DNA of 64,000 bases from a virus (lineage: Duplodnaviria; Caudoviricetes): IMG/VR virus record IMGVR_UViG_3300018089_000001, positions 96,001 through 160,000 of that record; one strand, 5' to 3'. Position 1 is the first letter of the stretch; each line of letters starts with the position of its first letter. The notes under the pieces were generated by a model. That model was not told where the DNA came from and did not search any database. It saw nothing but the letters and a program-made list of their open reading frames with translations. A program made the translations under genes and the position numbers. Of this stretch, positions 1 through 9,888 are shown piece after piece.

Positions 1-531
1 GCGGTAGGCATACAGCGTGGCCTCACGGTCGTAATGGGAGGCCCCCGTGGCCTCGCCCGTCATGTACGAGACGAGGTGCTCCTCGATCCGGGCCAGCTCG
101 ATGCCCTCCTCGAGCCTCCCGCCGAGCCCCCGGGAGAGCAGGATGCCGATCGAGGCGTGGGCGGTGTAATCCGGGATGCGATAACGGTCGAAGACGTCCC
201 TCCCGAGCGTCCGGTTCATCTCGTGGATGAGCTCCGACTTGGCCCGCTCGATCAGGCTGCGTCGGGAGTGGCTCCTGATCCCAGCGGCCTTCAGCTCGTC
301 CACGATCCGACGGGCCAGCTCGCGGCTGACGCCCCTCGTCCCGATCACCTGGCGGTGGAGGGAGAGCTCCGGGTACAGCGGCCGGCCCTCGGAGAGGTGT
401 TCGGAGATGATCGCAAGGGCCGCGGCGCCCCGGGAGGAGTCCCGAGCCACGGCGGCCTCGGCCACCTCGCGTGTCAGGAACTCGTAGACGAGTCCCAAGT
501 TCCTCTTTTTATTATGAGACAGCTTCCGCAT
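1..531 (-). CDS. Conserved phage protein downstream of portal (3' end outside window)
   Basis: Read by hand, not in the ORF track: ATG at 531 gives MRKLSHNKKRNLGLVYEFLTREV..., open toward the window edge; the basic N-terminus resembles the protein that follows the portal in large T4-like phages. Confidence 0.75.
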   Translation of the reverse strand, partial: MRKLSHNKKRNLGLVYEFLTREVAEAAVARDSSRGAAALAIISEHLSEGRPLYPELSLHRQVIGTRGVSRELARRIVDELKAAGIRSHSRRSLIERAKSELIHEMNRTLGRDVFDRYRIPDYTAHASIGILLSRGLGGRLEEGIELARIEEHLVSYMTGEATGASHYDREATLYAYR

Positions 532-559
532 CCCAATTCCTCAACTCGTATCTATGAGC

Positions 560-2506
560 TCAATCGCTCAATCTGTTCGACTCACCCGGACCCGTTGCCC
601 TACCTTTGCTACTGAATGCAGACCCTCCGCGGATGGCCCTTGGCTCAAACCCGTCGGTGATCCAGGCCGCGACCCGCTCGAGCATCCTCTCGACCTCGTC
701 CACCTGGTCCATCCCCGGCATCTCCGGCTCCGAGTCCTCCGAGAAGGGCCTCGTGACGAGCCTCCGGGCGGCCCGGGAGTCGCTCGGGTCGGACGCCGTC
801 TGCTTCTCGGTGCCGAACGAGAGCCTGAACTGGTCCTCGCCGGTCGAGAACATGTCCTTGCCGCGGTTGACGCCGATGCCGGACCTCACCCCGGTGCTCC
901 CGGGGTTCCATCGCTCGCCCAGGATGGCGCCGGCGAGGCCCCTGGAGGCGTTCTGTGGAGGCGGAGGCGGGGCCCCGCCGGGGGGACCCCCGAGCGTGTC
1001 CGGAAGCTCCTCGGCCCCGGGCGCTGGCCCCTCGGGGACAGGACCGGCGCCGCCCTCGGGGGGAGGCTCCTGGCCAGGCGGGGGCTGCTCGATCGACATG
1101 AGGAGGGTGTCCTCCAGCTTGTCGATCCGCTTGCCCTCCTTGATCGCGGCGATCTGCTTGTCGTTCAGGCCGAAGATCTTGCGGTAGATGAAGCCGCGGT
1201 CGAAGACGCCCTCCTGGGCCATCCCGGCGACCTCGAGCTTCATCCGCCAGAGCTCCAGGCGCTGCTGGGCCGCGATCGTCGACGGGTTCGCCATCGAGAT
1301 CTCGAAGTTGACCAGGTCCTGGCCAGAATACCCGCAGAGGAAGAGGTGGATGATGGCGATCTTGTTCAGCTCAGCCACGAAGAGCGACTGGATGCGCTCG
1401 ATCGTCTTGGAGAACCGGACGTCCTCCTGGGCGAGGGTGGCCTTGGACCCGAGCTGGTCCTCATAGCCGAGGTACGCCCGCGGGATCTTGATGGCCGCGA
1501 ACATCTTCGACTGGATGTACTGGACGTCCTCGATGTCACCGGTGAACTGGCCGCCCGCGAGGGTGGAGATGTCGGACTTCTGCTCCCCGCGCTTCGGGAG
1601 GATGTAGTCCTCCTCGACGCTGAGCGGGTTGTAGCGGAGGTCCACGCGGCCCGTCTCCGGGTCCGTGATCGTGTTCCGCTTGAGCTGGGTCTTGACCTGC
1701 TCCATGAACGTGTCGATCTGCTCCGGCGGCGTGTTGCCGACCTCGATGTGGAACACCCGACGCTCCGGGGAGCGGACGATGCGGTAGACCAGCATCGCGT
1801 CCTCGATGAGGATGAGCTGGCGCCAGATCCGGCGGGCCGGCTCGAGGACCGAGGACCCGTAGGGCAGGTACGCGTCGTTCCCGAGCAGGCGGAAGTGGAC
1901 GACCTGCCAGTTCTCGAGGATCGTGTTGCCGCGGGTGAGCCAGCGGAACCGGACGGCCATCGGGTCGTTCGGGTCGTAGCCCTCCTCGCGCTCGATCTCG
2001 TTGATCGGGATGGGGTACAGGTTCAGGATGCCGTGCTCCTCGTCGGCATCGACGAAGAGGCAGAAGTCCCCGAACTTGCAGAAGTGGCGCATCCACGACC
2101 ACGCATTGAAGTTGAGGTTGATGACGTCGAAGAAGAGGGTCTCGAGGACCTCCTTGATCTCCGCGTTCCTCGACGTGATCTCCACGACGTTGCCGTCGTC
2201 GTTGCGGACGGTGGCCTCGTCGGCGTAGATGTCCAGAGCCCCATGCAGCTCGGGCGTGTACTCCATCTCGTTGTAATCGGAGTATCGGCTGAGGCGCTCG
2301 TAGTTGGCGTAGCTCGCCAGCGCACGGACATAGAGGGCCGAGAGCTCCTTCTTGAAGGCTTTCGCGGTCCCCTGCGGGCTCTGGAGCTTCTCGCCCGCGG
2401 CGATCTTGTGGCGGACGACGGGGCCGCTGCGGAAGAGGCGCGTGAGCCTCTTCCAGACGGTCTCCTGCGCCTGCCTCTGCTGCTCCAGGCGATCGGGCTC
2501 AGCCAT
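560..2506 (-). CDS. Portal protein, T4 gp20-like
   Basis: EDAMLVYRIVRSPERRVFHIEVGN, EEDYILPKRG, ISTLAGG and LAQEDVRFSKTIERIQ are gp20-family motifs; Pro/Gly-rich C-terminal tail; next to terminase. Confidence 0.93.
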   Translation of the reverse strand: MAEPDRLEQQRQAQETVWKRLTRLFRSGPVVRHKIAAGEKLQSPQGTAKAFKKELSALYVRALASYANYERLSRYSDYNEMEYTPELHGALDIYADEATVRNDDGNVVEITSRNAEIKEVLETLFFDVINLNFNAWSWMRHFCKFGDFCLFVDADEEHGILNLYPIPINEIEREEGYDPNDPMAVRFRWLTRGNTILENWQVVHFRLLGNDAYLPYGSSVLEPARRIWRQLILIEDAMLVYRIVRSPERRVFHIEVGNTPPEQIDTFMEQVKTQLKRNTITDPETGRVDLRYNPLSVEEDYILPKRGEQKSDISTLAGGQFTGDIEDVQYIQSKMFAAIKIPRAYLGYEDQLGSKATLAQEDVRFSKTIERIQSLFVAELNKIAIIHLFLCGYSGQDLVNFEISMANPSTIAAQQRLELWRMKLEVAGMAQEGVFDRGFIYRKIFGLNDKQIAAIKEGKRIDKLEDTLLMSIEQPPPGQEPPPEGGAGPVPEGPAPGAEELPDTLGGPPGGAPPPPPQNASRGLAGAILGERWNPGSTGVRSGIGVNRGKDMFSTGEDQFRLSFGTEKQTASDPSDSRAARRLVTRPFSEDSEPEMPGMDQVDEVERMLERVAAWITDGFEPRAIRGGSAFSSKGRATGPGESNRLSD

Positions 2507-2524
2507 TTTCGGACTCCAAGGCGA

Positions 2525-3313
2525 TCATCCGTAGTTCGCTCCCCACGACTTCTCCCCGCGGGCGATTCCGGTCCCGAGTTTCTGCGCCAACGCGTGTACG
2601 TATTGACGGTACCTGGGCTTCGGCGCCTGGTTACCGATGCCGACGATCTGGTCGAGTCCCCTCTCGTCTAGCGCGGCGGCGGCGTACGTCTTCCCGCCCT
2701 TCATGAGGACGAACATCTGCCCGCAGGACTCCCCGCAGTTCCGCAGCGGACCTCCGAACGAATGGAACTCATCGTCCGTGACAGACTTCCACTCGAACCC
2801 ATCAGGGAATTCCATGACCGTTTTGCCTAGGGAGCTGACATCCTGACGCGCATCGAGGTCGGCCTGGGCGTCATTGACCGCTAGCTTCAGCTGAGAAGCG
2901 TCGAACTTGGGGGACGAGAGGAGCTTAAGGAGCCGGGGCGAGGCCTCGAGGAGGGAGATCGACGCGAACGGCTGCCATGGATGCGGGGTCTCTCCCCCGT
3001 GGCCCGCGCTCAGCAGCATGGAGGTGATCAGGGCATCCTCCCGGGGCATCTGGGCAAGCGTCGCCTCGAGTCTCTCCCGGTCGTACGTCATGGCAGCGGG
3101 AAGCTGCGGCTCAGGTAGCTGCGATGGATCACTCCTGAGCATCCGTTCGACCCCTCCGATCTTCGCGGAGGCGCGGACCCAGTTCGCCATCGCAAAGGCG
3201 TACTTACCCGCCTTCTCGTGGAAGTACCGCGCCCAGGCCGGGCTCATCCCAAGCAGGCGAACGATGTTGCCGCGACTGTCCTCGTTCAACCGATATAGCG
3301 AAGCCAGCCTCAA
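2525..3313 (-). CDS. Hypothetical protein with PcfJ-like C-terminal domain
   Basis: Likely TTG start just after the terminase stop; C-terminal DGFEW...RNCG...QIVGIGNQAPKPRY resembles PcfJ-like domains. Confidence 0.55.
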   Translation of the reverse strand: MRLASLYRLNEDSRGNIVRLLGMSPAWARYFHEKAGKYAFAMANWVRASAKIGGVERMLRSDPSQLPEPQLPAAMTYDRERLEATLAQMPREDALITSMLLSAGHGGETPHPWQPFASISLLEASPRLLKLLSSPKFDASQLKLAVNDAQADLDARQDVSSLGKTVMEFPDGFEWKSVTDDEFHSFGGPLRNCGESCGQMFVLMKGGKTYAAAALDERGLDQIVGIGNQAPKPRYRQYVHALAQKLGTGIARGEKSWGANYG

Positions 3314-3315
3314 CT

Positions 3316-4992
3316 TCAGGCCTTCCTGGGGGCGTAGAGGCCCATCTCGGCCAGCAGGTCGACCCTCTTCCCGTTGGAGAGGGTGAGCCTGTAGGGGTTG
3401 TTGGCGGCCGTACCGAAGACGCCGAGGGCCCGGTACGGGACGTGCTCCGGGTTCTTCGAGGCGCCGGCGATGTGGGTGTTCTTGGTCTGTCGGAGCTGCA
3501 TCGCGCCCAGCATGGCCTTGACCAGGTCGGGCGAGTTGTAGACGCTCCCGTACAGGTTGTCCCTCACCCACACGGCGAAGGCGGCGGCCATGAGGCAGTC
3601 GTCGCGCCGGCCGGAGCGGGCCTCGGGCTTCCCGTTGTGCCAGATGAACGTCTCCATCTCGGCCTTGAACCGGGGGGACCGGACCGTCATGATCCTGGAC
3701 CGGATGAGCTCCTCCAGCTTGTTCAGCATGAAGGCGCGGTTACTTCCCTGCGTGGACACGCCGTGGAGGTAATCGGGCCCCAGCGAGCCCTCGGCGGAGT
3801 TTCCAGTGGTCCCCAGGTGGTCGCCGGCCTTGGCCCCCCGCTTGGTGTAGAAGAGGTTCGGGTAGTTGGCCTCCTTGAGGTGCTCGATGACGGCCAGGCC
3901 GACCGCGTTGTTCTCGATGACGATGAGCGCGGTGTTGTACCTGTACCCAAGGGCGATCAGCTGGGCGGCGTGCTCCTTCGGCTTGAGGAGCGAGTTCAGC
4001 TCAGCGACCTGGTCCATCGTGTCGATGTCCAGGACCTGGTCGCCGGAGCGGTCGAACGATGACCCCGTCGACGAGTCCGCGCCGATGATGTACTTGCGGC
4101 CCTGGACGGCCTCCTGATAGACCTGGAGGCCCTCGTCGAGCCCGTGTTCCGGACTGACAGTCTGGGCCACCCAGGAGATCAGGTCGGCGCCGAAGAACGT
4201 GTCGCCGGAGGCGAGGAACTCGCACTCGTACTCCTGGGCCACCTCACGCGGCGACATCCCCTTGGTCTCCTTGCGGAACCAGGAGGACGTCTGCTTGCCC
4301 GTCTTCGGGTCCACCGAGAGGTCTGAGACGTGCTCGGGGTGCTCCCACCAGTTGACGTAGATGGGGTTGAAGTCGTTGGCCCCGAGGGTGGCGTCGGTGT
4401 ACGTCTTGTGGAAGACGTTCCCGACGCCGAGCGGGGTGGAAAGCATGATGATGCGTCCGCCCGCCGAGACCGTCGGCCTGATGCCGGTCCAGATCTCGTC
4501 GAAGGCCTCGATGTGGGCCGCCTCGTCGACGATCAGGAGGGAGAGGGCCTCGGAGCGGCCGGCGTCCGCGGACTTGGAGATCGACTTGACCGACGACCCG
4601 TTCGCGAGCTCGATCGAGGTCTTGTTGTCCGTCGTGATGTCGGCGATCAGGAGCCAGCGGGGGAGGCTCTTCAGGCCAGTCCTGACGCGGCGGACGACCT
4701 GCTTGGCCGTCTCGGACTTAGTCGCGAGGCAGAGGACCGTCTGGTTCGGATGGAACAGCATCAGCCAGACGACGAACGCGGAGACCAGCTCCGTGAACCC
4801 CATCTGGCGTGGCTTCAGGATGACGTTGAACCGCTTCCTGAGGAAGCAGTCCAGGGTCATGTCCTGGTACTTGAATGTCTTGAAGGGGATCAGCCCGCGA
4901 GTCGGGTGCCTGATCCTGATGTACTCGTTGATGAAGTAGACAGGATCGTGGCCGCAGCGGATGATCTCCTCCTTGACGGAGGACTTCCGCAC
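3316..4992 (-). CDS. terL: Terminase large subunit, T4 gp17-like
   Basis: Walker A KPRQMGFT, Walker B LLIVDEAAHI, MLSTPLG, nuclease domain GADSSTG/ENNAVG/DDCLMA; GTG start at 4992 preferred over the track start. Confidence 0.95.
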   Translation of the reverse strand: MRKSSVKEEIIRCGHDPVYFINEYIRIRHPTRGLIPFKTFKYQDMTLDCFLRKRFNVILKPRQMGFTELVSAFVVWLMLFHPNQTVLCLATKSETAKQVVRRVRTGLKSLPRWLLIADITTDNKTSIELANGSSVKSISKSADAGRSEALSLLIVDEAAHIEAFDEIWTGIRPTVSAGGRIIMLSTPLGVGNVFHKTYTDATLGANDFNPIYVNWWEHPEHVSDLSVDPKTGKQTSSWFRKETKGMSPREVAQEYECEFLASGDTFFGADLISWVAQTVSPEHGLDEGLQVYQEAVQGRKYIIGADSSTGSSFDRSGDQVLDIDTMDQVAELNSLLKPKEHAAQLIALGYRYNTALIVIENNAVGLAVIEHLKEANYPNLFYTKRGAKAGDHLGTTGNSAEGSLGPDYLHGVSTQGSNRAFMLNKLEELIRSRIMTVRSPRFKAEMETFIWHNGKPEARSGRRDDCLMAAAFAVWVRDNLYGSVYNSPDLVKAMLGAMQLRQTKNTHIAGASKNPEHVPYRALGVFGTAANNPYRLTLSNGKRVDLLAEMGLYAPRKA

Positions 4993-4994
4993 GG

Positions 4995-5414
4995 TCAGTC
5001 CTTCGGCACCGAGACCAGCTCGACCTCGTAGGTCCGACGGACCACGAGCTCCCACCGGTCATTCAGCGAGGCCTTCTGGAGGTCGTAGCCGCGGGACCCC
5101 TTGACCTCCTTGAGGTCGAGCGTGCCCGCGCCGATCTCCCTGTGGCGCCTCTTGAGACCGGACACGAAGCGGTCCATGGCCTTATTCGCCGCGTCCACGT
5201 AGTTGGCCCGACGCTGCGGGTCACCGAGCGCCTGGTCGTGGCAGTGGCAATAGATCGTGACCGAGTTCCCGTTGGTCCGCTTCGTGAAGTTGCGGCTCGG
5301 GACGCGAGTCACGTAGTCACGAAAGCACTGCTCGAGGGCCGCGATAGCGTCCTCGTGCTGGAGATACTGCTTCCCGGCGACGTCGAAACCTTGCTGCAGC
5401 TTTGGCTTTGGCAT
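4995..5414 (-). CDS. Hypothetical protein
   Basis: 139 aa ORF coupled to terL; purine-rich AGGGA immediately upstream of the ATG. Confidence 0.7.
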   Translation of the reverse strand: MPKPKLQQGFDVAGKQYLQHEDAIAALEQCFRDYVTRVPSRNFTKRTNGNSVTIYCHCHDQALGDPQRRANYVDAANKAMDRFVSGLKRRHREIGAGTLDLKEVKGSRGYDLQKASLNDRWELVVRRTYEVELVSVPKD

Positions 5415-5454
5415 TCCCTATTCACCCCGTGGGGGGTAAGTAGGGGGCCCGGAG

Positions 5455-5673
5455 TCACCTGTTCATCTTACCGAGGAAACGCCGCATGTCGTCCTCGCTG
5501 GGCCTCCAGCCGGACTCCCACCGCTCCTCCCGGTGCTCGATGAACTCTATGAAGCACTGGAGGCAAACCTTCCATCGGTAATAGGACTTGGAGTCGTCCC
5601 GCATCACCAGGTCGCACTGCGGACACCACAGGGGTACGCGGAGCGATTCCCTCTCATTCTCATCCATCGTCAT
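5455..5673 (-). CDS. Small CxxC zinc-finger protein
   Basis: CPQC...CLQC...WESGWRP; ATGA overlap with the upstream gene. Confidence 0.7.
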   Translation of the reverse strand: MTMDENERESLRVPLWCPQCDLVMRDDSKSYYRWKVCLQCFIEFIEHREERWESGWRPSEDDMRRFLGKMNR

Positions 5674-5960
5674 TTCACCGTCCAAAAGCTGAAGCGCTCG
5701 CGGCGGGTCCAGTCAGACCGAAGCCTCCTGAGGGTCAGGTCGAGGACGCAGACCCCGTCCGGGGTCGCGGAGTCAGTCTTAAAGCCGACCGTCAGCTTCG
5801 TACCCCACCTCTTCAGACTAACGGGGACGGGGGCGCCGTCTGCGTCCCTGAGCTCGGCTGAGACGAGGTCGATAGATGGGGACTCGCTCGGATCGATCAG
5901 CAGCTTCACCGAGTGCTCCCCCGGATGGTGGTAGATCTCCCGGAGCGTCACCGGGGTCAC
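5670..5960 (-). CDS. Hypothetical protein
   Basis: GTG at 5960 preceded by GAGGGG; fills the gap between neighbouring genes. Confidence 0.6.
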   Translation of the reverse strand: MTPVTLREIYHHPGEHSVKLLIDPSESPSIDLVSAELRDADGAPVPVSLKRWGTKLTVGFKTDSATPDGVCVLDLTLRRLRSDWTRRERFSFWTVK

Positions 5961-5968
5961 GATTCCCC

Positions 5969-6748
5969 TCAAGGCGCTAGCCTGACCCCGAGGGCCACGC
6001 CGCACGCGTGCCCGTCGGACCAGATCTGACACTGCGGGCCCAGGGAGAACCTGTCGCCGCGGTATTCGAGGCCGACCGAGGCCGCCGTCCCCCCGAGCAC
6101 TCCGAGCCCACCCGTCATCCAGACACGCTGGTACCAACGGGGAAGGATGACCCCCGGATCGACGGCCCCGAGGGACACGTCGACCGCGACGTCCGGGTCA
6201 GACGACGAGACGTGGGAGAGCCACCTGCCAGTCGGATCACGTGACACGGCGAGGGTCAGGCTGAGGGGTCTGCCCTGGGAAACCGTGACGAAGCCCGCCG
6301 CGGGATCCGTGAGGGTGTACCCAGACACGAGGAACGGCCCGAAGTCATGCCTGAAGTCGACCCGCTTCCTCACGACAGGAGGACCCGTGGCCGGCGTTGG
6401 GAGGTCCGTCTGGGTCGCCTCCGTCGGGGCCTGCTTCGGCAGCCACTTCACGGTCACCCTCTCTGTCGTGAGCACCCGTGCCTTGGCGGCGTCAAGGGCC
6501 CTGAGCAGGTCGGCATTCTCCGACTCCCTGAGCTCGAGGAGCTTCCTGGCGTCGGTGGCCTGGACGAGGGTGGTCTGGTAGAGCCCGTCCTTCAGCCTGA
6601 CCGTCTTCTCGCTCTGGGTCAGGGACTGGGCCAGCTGCTCGACCTGTCCGTTCCGTGAACGCTGGCCGCAGCTATACCCCAGGGTCCCGACGAACACGGC
6701 GGCGGTACAGAGGACCAGGCCGACGACGATCCTTCGAAATTGCGTCAA
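5969..6748 (-). CDS. Membrane-anchored coiled-coil protein (possible spanin-like or lysis accessory)
   Basis: N-terminal hydrophobic helix, then coiled coil, then beta-rich C-terminus; function is inferred. Confidence 0.55.
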   Translation of the reverse strand: MTQFRRIVVGLVLCTAAVFVGTLGYSCGQRSRNGQVEQLAQSLTQSEKTVRLKDGLYQTTLVQATDARKLLELRESENADLLRALDAAKARVLTTERVTVKWLPKQAPTEATQTDLPTPATGPPVVRKRVDFRHDFGPFLVSGYTLTDPAAGFVTVSQGRPLSLTLAVSRDPTGRWLSHVSSSDPDVAVDVSLGAVDPGVILPRWYQRVWMTGGLGVLGGTAASVGLEYRGDRFSLGPQCQIWSDGHACGVALGVRLAP

Positions 6749-9700
6749 GAGGCCTCCACGTGGGCGTACCCGTCCCGTCCTGTGATCTCAATGCTATGGT
6801 CCACAATGTCCCTCATGAAGTCCACGTGCGATATGATGAAGACCGTCCCAAAGGCCCCCCTTAGGTATTCGAACATCCGCTGTAGAGACTCGAGGTGCTC
6901 CGGGTCGAGCTTCCCGAACCCCTCGTCCACGATGAGCATGTCGGTCTTCGGGAGCGAGGTCACGCTGAGCAGGGCGACCCGCACGGCCAGGGAGGCGATG
7001 AACTTCTCGGCCCCTGATCCCAGCGAGAGGGGACGGCTCCGGTAGTCGCCGTACCGGATGTAGAGGCTCACGGACTGCTCCTCGGGATCGTCCTCGAAGA
7101 ACACCCCGAAGCCGACCACACCGGCCAGGATCTTGGCGATCTCGGCGTTGATCAGCGGGAGGACCAGGCCGAGGATCCTGTACGGGAGGCCGTTCTTCCC
7201 ACACAGCTCGACGAGCTCCTCGAGCTCTCGGACGGAGTGCCTGACCTCGTCGTACTCCTTGAGCTCGCGTTCGGCCGCCTCGAGTTGCCCCCTGGCCGAG
7301 CCGAGTCGTATCAGGAGCGCCTCGAGCTCAGTCCGCAGGGAGGCCAGCCGCGCCTCGGCGGACCTCTTCCTGTCTGTGAGCGTCCTCAGCGTCCCGGAGC
7401 TCTTCGGGTCGACGCTGCGCTCGAGCGCCTCGACCGCGTCCCTCTCACGCTGCCATGAGCCGACGCACTCCCCGTGTTCCGACACGCATGCGAGGACACG
7501 CTCGCGGGCGAAGGCCAGCTGCTGGTGCGTCTCGGCCAGGGAGACCCGCCACGACTCGAATCCGTCCCTCATCCGCCGATTCTCATCGAGCTGCCTCTGC
7601 GCGGCCTCGTGGGAGGCCAACTCCGCCGCGAGGGCGGCGATGCTGCGGTCCAGCTCCGCGAGTCCCTGCTTGAACCGGTAGGCGCCCGTGATGAACTGGC
7701 AGTGAGGATACGAGTCACCGCAGGGGACCTGGTCGAGGATCGGCAGGGCCTTCGCCCCGGCCTTCCTCTCCCCCCGCAGCTGGTTCAGCGACTTCGCGGT
7801 GGAGGCGGCCGCGGTCCTCACGCTGGCCGCCCTCTCCGGCTCCTCCGGAGCCGGCTCGGGGGGCCTCTTGAGTTCGAGGCCGAGGACCTCCGCCTCGAGG
7901 TCCTCCACGCGGTCCTCGGCCTTGATCAGCTTGGCCTCGGCGGCGGACAAGGCGGTCTCACTCACGCGCAGCTTCCGCCGCGCGGCCTCCAGGCCGTCGA
8001 TCGCGTGCTGGGCCGCCTGCATACCTCCGATCTCCACGCGGACCTGCTCGAGGGCCAGATCGACGCCGGAGATCTCCGCGTCCTTCGCCGCGCGCTCGAG
8101 GGCTATCTGGGTAAGCCGGGCGATGGCGGCGTCGACAGCAGCGATGAGCTGGTCCCTGTCGCCCTTGAGGCGTGCCATGGCCTGTTTCAGGTCGTCACGG
8201 GCCAGGACGGCCACGCGCTCGTAGACGTCCAGATCAAGGATCCTGAAGAGGATCTTCCGCCTGTCGGTCTCCTTGCAGTTAATCAGGTCCGCGCCGCCAG
8301 GCAGGCCAAACACGGGATTCTGGGCCACCATCGCGGTGAGGGCGAAGTCCTCGAAGCTCCCGATGACAGCCCTCACCGCGCGTTCTGTCTCTGGGCGCGT
8401 CGTCCCGTTCAGGGACTCCCCCTCGCACGAGAAGTCCAGGGACGTCCGGCCCCACTGTCTCGTCTCGGCCAGCCTCCTCTGCCCGTATTGGATCCGCTCG
8501 ATGGACCGCTCGATGTGGAACTGTCGTCCGCCTGACTCGAACCAGATGCGCATCTCTCCCCGGTCCTTATTGTCGTTGACGAGATCGATGTTCCTGGGGA
8601 CGTCCTTCGTGATCCTATCGAAGAGCCCCTGCATCAGGACGTCGAAGATCGAGGACTTGCCGGAGGCGTTCGGAGCGAAGATGCCGACCAGCCCGCGGAG
8701 GTCGGTCATGTCGACGTGATTCCCGGGACCGTAGTTGAGCATGTCGTCCCACTCGAACCGAAGGAGACGCCAGGTGGTGCCGCGGGAGACCGCGTCGGGA
8801 TCGAGGGTGGACTCGTACCCGTGGAAAAGGGTGATCACCGACTCGGGATCCTGGACTCCCCGCTCCCGTAGATGCTCCAGCATCAGCTTGTCCCGTGAGC
8901 CGACCAGCGAGTCGACGTCGGGCGCCTCCATGCGCACCCTCTCCCCCGCTGAGTCCGGGATGATGACCTCGATGGGATCGTACTGCTCGCGGACGGCCCG
9001 CTCGATGCCGAGTCGCTGGGACGGGGAAAGCTCGCCAGGGACTAACGCCTTGATTCTAGAGCCGGAGGGGATGTCCCTGGGCAGGAGCGCGAATGTGTCT
9101 GACTGGGCCGCAATGGGGACATGGATCGTGTAGAACCTCCGTGGAGCCCGGACCTCATGGAACTCCACACGGAAGTCGTCCTTCCCCCGGATGTCCCAGA
9201 GCAGGAAGCCCTTGACGAGCTCCTCCCCGTAGTTCTGCTGGATCAGCGACCCGGGGTACTGGACCCGGCCGCCCCTGAACGACTGGCGCTTGTGGATGTC
9301 CCCGAGAAGGACGAAGTCCATGCCCTCGAACCTGTCGAGGTCGACCTCCCCCTCCTCCATCACGAAGCCCTGGTCCGTGACGCACCCGGAGATCGACCCG
9401 TGGAACAGCCCGATGTTGATCCGCTCGGGATCGATCCGGAACTGCGAGGGGTCCCGCTTGCCCCTGATGTCGTAGTGCCAGATGTCCTTGCTGGCCTCGT
9501 CGGAGCCCCTCTCCCACCAGTAGGAGCAATTCGGCCCCCACCCAGGTCCGTCGTCAAGCAACACGACCTCGTTCGCCGTCCTGCCGCGGATGGCCCGAAC
9601 GATCGGGGAGATCGCGTCGGTGCGGCCGGGGTTCCTGAGGTTCAGGTCATGGTTGCCCAGGATGACCCAGTAGGGAGCGATGCTCGACACCGCGAGCATG

Positions 9701-9888
9701 TGCTCCGCGACGTCGTCGAAGAGCTCGGGCGAGACCGCCAGCTTGCTGTGGACCGTGTCCCCGGTGTTGACCACCAGGTCAGGCTGGAGGTCGCGCAGCT
9801 GCCGGTACAGGTCCTCGAAGGCCGCCCGGTACTCGTCCCGGTACTTGAAGTTCCGGATGTGGATGTCGGAGACATGGGCGATCCTCAT
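6745..9888 (-). CDS. Fused SbcD(Mre11)-SbcC(Rad50) nuclease/ATPase
   Basis: Phosphoesterase motifs SDIH, TGD, GNHD, FHG, GDIH, YPGS; Walker A APNASGKS, coiled coils, signature LGSGAEK, Walker B IVDEGFGKLD, ISH. Confidence 0.92.
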   Translation of the reverse strand: MRIAHVSDIHIRNFKYRDEYRAAFEDLYRQLRDLQPDLVVNTGDTVHSKLAVSPELFDDVAEHMLAVSSIAPYWVILGNHDLNLRNPGRTDAISPIVRAIRGRTANEVVLLDDGPGWGPNCSYWWERGSDEASKDIWHYDIRGKRDPSQFRIDPERINIGLFHGSISGCVTDQGFVMEEGEVDLDRFEGMDFVLLGDIHKRQSFRGGRVQYPGSLIQQNYGEELVKGFLLWDIRGKDDFRVEFHEVRAPRRFYTIHVPIAAQSDTFALLPRDIPSGSRIKALVPGELSPSQRLGIERAVREQYDPIEVIIPDSAGERVRMEAPDVDSLVGSRDKLMLEHLRERGVQDPESVITLFHGYESTLDPDAVSRGTTWRLLRFEWDDMLNYGPGNHVDMTDLRGLVGIFAPNASGKSSIFDVLMQGLFDRITKDVPRNIDLVNDNKDRGEMRIWFESGGRQFHIERSIERIQYGQRRLAETRQWGRTSLDFSCEGESLNGTTRPETERAVRAVIGSFEDFALTAMVAQNPVFGLPGGADLINCKETDRRKILFRILDLDVYERVAVLARDDLKQAMARLKGDRDQLIAAVDAAIARLTQIALERAAKDAEISGVDLALEQVRVEIGGMQAAQHAIDGLEAARRKLRVSETALSAAEAKLIKAEDRVEDLEAEVLGLELKRPPEPAPEEPERAASVRTAAASTAKSLNQLRGERKAGAKALPILDQVPCGDSYPHCQFITGAYRFKQGLAELDRSIAALAAELASHEAAQRQLDENRRMRDGFESWRVSLAETHQQLAFARERVLACVSEHGECVGSWQRERDAVEALERSVDPKSSGTLRTLTDRKRSAEARLASLRTELEALLIRLGSARGQLEAAERELKEYDEVRHSVRELEELVELCGKNGLPYRILGLVLPLINAEIAKILAGVVGFGVFFEDDPEEQSVSLYIRYGDYRSRPLSLGSGAEKFIASLAVRVALLSVTSLPKTDMLIVDEGFGKLDPEHLESLQRMFEYLRGAFGTVFIISHVDFMRDIVDHSIEITGRDGYAHVEAS

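Noticed and set aside
554-2671. Long plus-strand ORFs (554..2671, 12180..13403, 38888..40390, 55855..57159, 62010..63359 and others)
   Set aside because: Antisense shadows of well-supported minus-strand genes in high-GC DNA; no recognisable motifs.
3316-4992. Intein or intron in the terminase
   Set aside because: Length and motif spacing are normal; no splice motifs seen.
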